Program-made: the position numbers and the translations under genes
The notes under the pieces: model-generated
Databases searched by the model: none
The model's input: only the letters and a program-made list of their open reading frames with translations
What the model was told of the DNA's origin: nothing
Assembly (NCBI GenBank): GCA_039208735.1
Contig: JBCCQY010000218.1
Coordinates: 1 to 12,187, forward strand
DNA: 12,187 bases
From: Myxococcota bacterium
Lineage (GTDB): Bacteria; Myxococcota_A; UBA796; GCA-2862545
Direction of reading: 5' to 3'
Part shown: positions 7,286 to 12,187 of the stretch, in pieces
Layout of the letters: the number at the start of each line of letters is the position of its first letter
How positions within the stretch are numbered: position 1 is the stretch's first letter

Positions 7286-7382
7286 TGAATACGCAAACAG
7301 CTCATTTTTACACTTTAAAGGCTCGTGTATTCAACACGCCAACACTTGTTCCACTCACCATGTGGCCTCCCAATGAATACAC
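7286..7382. promoter_or_regulatory. Divergent promoter region with three TGAATAC[AG]C boxes (candidate operator)
   Basis: TGAATACGC 7286-7294 (+), GTGTATTCA 7325-7333 (= TGAATACAC on -), TGAATACAC 7374-7382 (+), in an AT-richer spacer. A -35-like TTTACA lies at 7307-7312. Confidence 0.65.
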
Positions 7383-7419
7383 CGACTACCCTCGGGATGG
7401 TTGTGCCCTGGGAGGCCGA

Positions 7420-8592
7420 ATGAAGCCGCTGCTCACCGCGCTCGTCTTGATGGCTGGCTGCTCTGTTGAACCGAGTCTCCGCGCCGCGCCTCCCCCTGAC
7501 CCCACCTCACCTCCCAGCACGACCCCGTCGGGACCCACCACTACGGGCTTTGAGGACGTCGATCTGTTCCAGGTGATCGCCGTTCCATTGGTGCGCCAGG
7601 GTCTGACCGCGACGTCCGACATTCCGCCGATTGCGCATCGCGACGCGGCCTTGCGCCTGTCGCTGGCTCCACCCCACATTGGAACCGTGACGACGACGGT
7701 TCGACTCGTGGCACCGGACCAATCCCTCTCGGAACACACCGCCCAAGGGTCAGGGGATGGGGAGCTACTGATTGAGCTTCCCGGTGATTATATGCTTCCG
7801 AACTCTACATGGTCCGTCGATGTGGTCGATGCTCAAGGGAGGTCACTCGCACGGTTTCCCGAGTCGGGGACCACGCCCTTGAGCGCCGAAGAAACCGGCC
7901 CGCTCAAGGTGCACCTGGTTCCCTTCCAAGTCGCAGGGTTCGTGCCCGACGCCTCCGATGCAGTCGTGCAGGGCTTCCGCGACGCTCTCTTCGCGGTGTA
8001 CCCCGTCACCGACGTCGTGATCACCGTGGGCGATGTGGTGACCGACTTCAACGACGTCCCGCTCGACATGGGGAACCTGCTCGTTCACCTCGGCGTACTG
8101 CAGGAGCAGATCGACGAAGCCCCGCAAGACACCTACTATTATGGCCTAGTTACGGGCGCGCCGGACCGTGACTCGTTCTGTGAGAGCTGTCCAACGGGCA
8201 CCTCCGAGTCTGGCGGGGGGATTCGTGCCGCCTTCGCGGTCGGCGCCGCATTTGGCGACGCGCGTTCCGAAAGCACCCTCATCCACGAGATGGGCCATAT
8301 GCACGGCCTGCTGCACGCGCCGTGCGGTGGTGCAGACAACGTCGACCCCGCATTTCCGCACCCGGATGCCGAGCTGGGCACGGAAGGCTTCGATGTTCGA
8401 AGCTGGTCGTTTGTCTCCAATGACCATCGGGACCTCATGTCCTATTGCACCCCCCGGTGGGTGAGCGACTACCATTACGCCAAGCTGATCGACTGGGTCC
8501 AGTTTGCGCAGGGCTGGTCGGACACCAAACCGTTTTCCAACGCTTCCCTTGGGCCTTTCGTCGACCCTTACCGGTGCTTTGACCTGGACTGA
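7420..8592 (+). CDS. Lipoprotein zinc metallopeptidase, metzincin / M66-like
   Basis: GGAGG RBS 7411-7415, ATG 7420; signal MKPLLTALVLMAG-C; Pro/Thr linker; HEMGHMHGLLH (8284-8316) followed by APCGG..DPAFP and a Met-turn DLMSYC..WVSDYHY. Confidence 0.9.
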   Translation: MKPLLTALVLMAGCSVEPSLRAAPPPDPTSPPSTTPSGPTTTGFEDVDLFQVIAVPLVRQGLTATSDIPPIAHRDAALRLSLAPPHIGTVTTTVRLVAPDQSLSEHTAQGSGDGELLIELPGDYMLPNSTWSVDVVDAQGRSLARFPESGTTPLSAEETGPLKVHLVPFQVAGFVPDASDAVVQGFRDALFAVYPVTDVVITVGDVVTDFNDVPLDMGNLLVHLGVLQEQIDEAPQDTYYYGLVTGAPDRDSFCESCPTGTSESGGGIRAAFAVGAAFGDARSESTLIHEMGHMHGLLHAPCGGADNVDPAFPHPDAELGTEGFDVRSWSFVSNDHRDLMSYCTPRWVSDYHYAKLIDWVQFAQGWSDTKPFSNASLGPFVDPYRCFDLD

Positions 8593-8601
8593 TCGCCAAG
8601 C

Positions 8602-9453
8602 ATGAGCCTGCCCTCCCCCTACGATTTCCTCGACTATCGGATGTTTCTTTCGGCTTGGTTCAAGGCGAAGAAGGAAAGCAATTCTAACTTCAGCCACCGT
8701 CTGTTTGCGCGACGCTGCGGGATCAAAAACCCATCCCTGTTGCTTCATGTGATCGAGCGACGGCGCAACCTCACCGAGTCGACGACGGCGGCCTTTGTGA
8801 AGGGGATGGGGCTGAAGCCGCAAGAGGCTGCGTTCTTTCGGCGACTCGTGGATCTCGATCAGGCAAAGTCCACCGAGGGTCGCAACCAAGCGTGGGACCA
8901 AATCAGTGCGACGCGACGATTCCGAGAGGCGCGCAGAATCGACCATGACGCATTCGAGTACTTGTCGGGCTGGACGTTGCCGGCCATTCGTGAGTTGGCC
9001 CACCGACCCGATTTCAAGAGCGATCCGGCATGGGTCGCAGACCAGCTCCGCCCGCGCATCACCGTGGCCCAGGCTCGCAAAGCACTGGACATGCTCGTGC
9101 GGCTGGGCCTGCTGATCGAACAAGAAAACACGCTTGCCCCCGTGGATGCCAGCGTGACGACCGCTCCCGTCGTGTCTCGGCTGGCCGTGGCGAACTATCA
9201 CCGAGATGTATTGGCCCGGGCGGGTGAAGCGATCGACCGGTTTCCAAGGACTGAAAGGCATCTCATCGCCATCACCGTCGGGGTCCCTGACTCGCTCGTG
9301 TCGGTGTTGAAGGACGAGGCGAACCGTTTCCTCGAACGCATGATGCACCTGTGTGACGACCATGACGCTCCACCCGACCGCGTGATGCAGATGAATCTCC
9401 AGCTCTTTCCCGTGTCCACCGCCCGCCAATCCGAAGGGGAGTCCTCGTCATGA
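8602..9453 (+). CDS. TIGR02147 family protein (DUF4423), putative HTH regulator
   Basis: Family hallmarks: DYRMFL...FSHRLFARRCGIKNPSLLLHVIERRRNL (HTH-like), W...AIREL, ALDMLVRLGLL, ANYH, ERHLIAITVGV, C-terminal VMQMNLQLFPVS. Confidence 0.92.
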   Translation: MSLPSPYDFLDYRMFLSAWFKAKKESNSNFSHRLFARRCGIKNPSLLLHVIERRRNLTESTTAAFVKGMGLKPQEAAFFRRLVDLDQAKSTEGRNQAWDQISATRRFREARRIDHDAFEYLSGWTLPAIRELAHRPDFKSDPAWVADQLRPRITVAQARKALDMLVRLGLLIEQENTLAPVDASVTTAPVVSRLAVANYHRDVLARAGEAIDRFPRTERHLIAITVGVPDSLVSVLKDEANRFLERMMHLCDDHDAPPDRVMQMNLQLFPVSTARQSEGESSS

Positions 9454-9998
9454 AGCCCATGTTTAGCCTTGGTGCCCTGCTCCTCGCGAGTTGCACGACG
9501 TCATCGGACCCTCACTCCGGAACGTTCGTGGGGAATCCCAGTCTCACCGCACGAATCGCCGACAACCCCGTCCAAAGCGTGCTCAGTGGACAACTCGATC
9601 TCCTCGAGAGCCACGTCACCGACTGCGAGTCCACTGCGACGCCGCTTGGTCCTCGCCAACTGCGCTTCAACGGCCCCAGTTCAGCCGAGTCCATCGATCT
9701 GCCGGTTGGCGATCATTGTGGGTTGTTTTTCGTCGTGGACCTGTTCACCGTCACATTCGAAGATGAAGGCACTCCCATCACCATCGTGGCCGATGACTTC
9801 GACCTGTCGATCCCATCGACATTCGTGGCGCGCGACGGCAACCAGGCCATCCTCCGCCTCGGCGACGAGCGTTGGCTGGCCGAGGTCGCGACCCTGGCTC
9901 CATCGGGCGAAACCCGTCTTAGCCGTGGGACGTCTCCCCTTGCGGATGCCTTCTTCGAGGGGTTGTTCGACGGAAGCACGGTGCTTTCCTTCGAATAG
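9450..9998 (+). CDS. Hypothetical lipoprotein with N-terminal GTFVGNP motif
   Basis: ATGA overlap with the TIGR02147 stop, GGGGAG upstream; signal MKPMFSLGALLLAS-C; GTFVGNP at 9519-9539; beta-rich acidic body with two further Cys. Confidence 0.8.
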   Translation: MKPMFSLGALLLASCTTSSDPHSGTFVGNPSLTARIADNPVQSVLSGQLDLLESHVTDCESTATPLGPRQLRFNGPSSAESIDLPVGDHCGLFFVVDLFTVTFEDEGTPITIVADDFDLSIPSTFVARDGNQAILRLGDERWLAEVATLAPSGETRLSRGTSPLADAFFEGLFDGSTVLSFE

Positions 9999-10000
9999 CG

Positions 10001-12187
10001 CTACAGCTGAACGTCCGGGTCTCCCGAGAGCGTAAACGCCGCCCAATAGAATGGATGGGCCCACTGCGGGCGCGCCCGCACTGCGCGTTGGGCGGCACGC
10101 AGCGACTCGGCCGCCGTCCGACCCTTGGCAAAGGATTTGTAGAAGGCCTTCATCCAGGCGGCGGTCGCAGCATCATCGACCGCCCACAGCGACAACACCT
10201 GGGTCCGGGCCCCAGCGAGCACCAAGCCCCGACGCAGGCCGTGCACCCCATCGCCATTTCGAATCTCGCCTTCGGCCGTGTGGCACGCACTGAGCACCAC
10301 GAGCTTCGTTCCTCGCAGATCCACACCGGTGAACTCGGCCGCGGTCAGCCGGCCATTGTCGGTGCCCGCAGAAGGTCGATTGGCGCCGGCCAACACCAGT
10401 CCACTCTGAAACAACGGCAGCTCGAGGGCGTAGGGACGCCGACTCGACGGCCGAGCGGGCAAGGCAAGACCCCGATTCAACGGCGTGACCGCGCGCCAGG
10501 GAAGCCCGTTAGTCTCGAAGAATCCATGGGCGGCAATGTGCAGTACCGAAGGGCGTTCGATGGCGCGAACCGCGGTCTCCGTCGCCGCCGCGCCACGCAG
10601 GGTCTTGGACCCTCGAAGCCGCCGGGCCACTTGCCGTCCTTCGTCGATGGTGCCCGGCAGTGGCGTCACGCGCATCGTTGGCGCACGACCCGTTTCGACG
10701 CCTGGCCGCTCCGCTCGATCGGGGTCGATGTCGTACACCACCCAGGCGGGACCCGCTTCGACCGAAGCCGGCGCGGTAACCAGGAGTTCCCGACCGCTCG
10801 TCAGATAGCTCACCGGCTGGTCGGTAAGCCCTTCGAACGGCACCAGGTTGAGCAAGCCATCCGGTGCCACATAGAGGTGCTCCATGCCGCGTAGCGTGGT
10901 TTCAAAGGGCGCAAAGATCCGTGCCGACAGCGCTTCGACCTCGTTGGTCGGATCCCGCTGCTGCAAGATGGCGGCGCGATAGCGCTCGACTAGGCCATCG
11001 ATAGGTTCGGTAGGTCCAAGATCGGCAACCTGGATGGGCCCGTCGAACGGCAAGACGTAGGCCGCATAGCGTGGCGCCCCAAACCGCGAGGTTTTCGCAT
11101 CATAGGGCTCATACGCAACGATCTCGAGAAGCACGCGCCCGGAGGGTACGGCCGCCTTCACTTCGTTCAACGTCACGGACCGGGTGGCCTCCCGATACCC
11201 GGACGACCGCTCGATCATCGCTCGCTGCACCGTACGAAGTTGCGCCGCCAGGTCCGACCGACGTTGAAACCACGCCACGGTTCCGTCACGGCTCGACGGC
11301 CGTTCGAACCGCAACGCGTCCATTTCGGCGTACAGCTGCCGTAAGGTCGCAAGCGGCGCATCCTCGACCCCCCGCAGCCCGTCCAACAGGTTCGCCTCCA
11401 ACGCCTCGAGCCGGCCCTTCCGCCGCAACACCGTTTCCAGCGCAAGCTCGGCCGCACGGGCGTCCTCGGGATGCCCCAAGTGCAGCGTGATGGCCATGCC
11501 CGTCGTCATCCCAAACATCTGCAATCGCCGCAGACGGTCCTCTGGCGTCCCAAACCCTAGGGTCTCGATCAGCTCGGTTTCCTCTTGGTCCACCACCAAC
11601 GCCAGGCCTCGGATCGCCTCGGCATGGTCCCCGACCCTTAGGTTCAGCATGGCCAGGTTCAACCGCTTGCTCGTGACATCGCGTGGGTCGGCGCTTCCTT
11701 CTTCCGCCAAGGCGATGGCTCGTTCGTAGTGAGCGCGGGCCTCGTCGTGGCGACCCTGCAGATCGACGACGTAGGCCAGATCGTGCAAGGCAGTCGCAAT
11801 CCGCGGGTTCGACTCGCCATACGCGTCCTGTGCGACCCTCAACGATCGCCCCGCCAACCGCTCTGCCTCATCGAGATCCCCCTGCTCGATGCGAAGTCGC
11901 CCCAGGTTCGCCAGCGGAATCTCGAGCCGGGGATGGTCGGCCCCATAGGCCGCCTCGATCATCGCCACCCCGTCTCGAAAGAGCGGTTCGGCCTCATCCA
12001 ACCGGCCCAACTGGACGAGAACCTGCGCAAGCGCATCGAGCGCTCGGCCCACGTCGCCATGAGGCCCCCGATGCACCTTTCGCTGGATGGCGAGGGCTCG
12101 GCGGTACCACGGTTCTGCGTCGGGCGCCCGCCCGGTTCGCTCCAAGAATCCTGCATATGCACCGACCGCGTAGGCGAAATCAGGGTG
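10001..12187 (-). CDS. TPR-CHAT domain protein (caspase-like cysteine peptidase), 5'-partial
   Basis: The frame stays open past 12145 to the edge (HPDFAYAVGAYAGFLERTGR...). CHAT motifs LYVAPDGLLNLVPFEGL, VLHIAAHGFF (His), VVLSACHTAEG (Cys), SLWAVDD, HPFYWAAF. Confidence 0.95.
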   Translation of the reverse strand, partial: HPDFAYAVGAYAGFLERTGRAPDAEPWYRRALAIQRKVHRGPHGDVGRALDALAQVLVQLGRLDEAEPLFRDGVAMIEAAYGADHPRLEIPLANLGRLRIEQGDLDEAERLAGRSLRVAQDAYGESNPRIATALHDLAYVVDLQGRHDEARAHYERAIALAEEGSADPRDVTSKRLNLAMLNLRVGDHAEAIRGLALVVDQEETELIETLGFGTPEDRLRRLQMFGMTTGMAITLHLGHPEDARAAELALETVLRRKGRLEALEANLLDGLRGVEDAPLATLRQLYAEMDALRFERPSSRDGTVAWFQRRSDLAAQLRTVQRAMIERSSGYREATRSVTLNEVKAAVPSGRVLLEIVAYEPYDAKTSRFGAPRYAAYVLPFDGPIQVADLGPTEPIDGLVERYRAAILQQRDPTNEVEALSARIFAPFETTLRGMEHLYVAPDGLLNLVPFEGLTDQPVSYLTSGRELLVTAPASVEAGPAWVVYDIDPDRAERPGVETGRAPTMRVTPLPGTIDEGRQVARRLRGSKTLRGAAATETAVRAIERPSVLHIAAHGFFETNGLPWRAVTPLNRGLALPARPSSRRPYALELPLFQSGLVLAGANRPSAGTDNGRLTAAEFTGVDLRGTKLVVLSACHTAEGEIRNGDGVHGLRRGLVLAGARTQVLSLWAVDDAATAAWMKAFYKSFAKGRTAAESLRAAQRAVRARPQWAHPFYWAAFTLSGDPDVQL
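11580..12187 (-). repeat. Kinesin-light-chain-type 42-aa TPR repeats (about 5 visible)
   Basis: Units begin HPDFA, HGDVG, HPRLE, NPRIA at exact 42-aa spacing, each with G..(D/P)(E/D)A; a fifth degenerate unit follows (DPRDV). Confidence 0.85.

Noticed and set aside
7325..7382. Boxes 2 and 3 as ends of an invertible promoter segment
   Set aside because: Only 9 bp, a third copy exists and no invertase is nearby; a protein-binding site is the simpler reading.
7360..7419. Upstream ATG start of the metalloprotease
   Set aside because: ATG 7420 has a GGAGG SD and directly begins the lipoprotein signal peptide.
8146..9429. 427-aa - strand ORF
   Set aside because: Antisense to the metalloprotease and TIGR02147 genes; no motifs.

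Overview
GC-rich bacterial DNA with a Myxococcota/deltaproteobacterial flavour (inferred from the TIGR02147 gene, TPR-CHAT gene, M66-like lipoprotein and very short lipoprotein signal peptides). Left to right: (-) a Cof-type HAD hydrolase running off the left edge, whose last ~40 codons look like a sodium:solute symporter; an APH/EcKinase-like phosphotransferase; a membrane sensor histidine kinase; (+) an LpoB-like lipoprotein and a CCoAOMT-type O-methyltransferase; (-) an OmpA-like lipoprotein whose ribosome-binding site lies in a perfect anti-SD hairpin; a subtilisin (S8) protease split by a 1-nt frameshift, with three GSGL[KQ]SIPLG repeats in its C-terminal part; an AT-richer divergent spacer with three TGAATAC[AG]C boxes; (+) an M66-like metzincin lipoprotein, a TIGR02147/DUF4423 protein and an overlapping GTFVGNP-motif lipoprotein; (-) a TPR-CHAT caspase-like protein running off the right edge. 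No RNA genes, CRISPR arrays or mobile elements were recognised. The best candidate for an undescribed system is the TIGR02147 module: a putative HTH regulator, a coupled GTxVGNP lipoprotein and a triple operator-like box between two divergent protease genes. Family calls come from motif recognition by eye; no searches were run.
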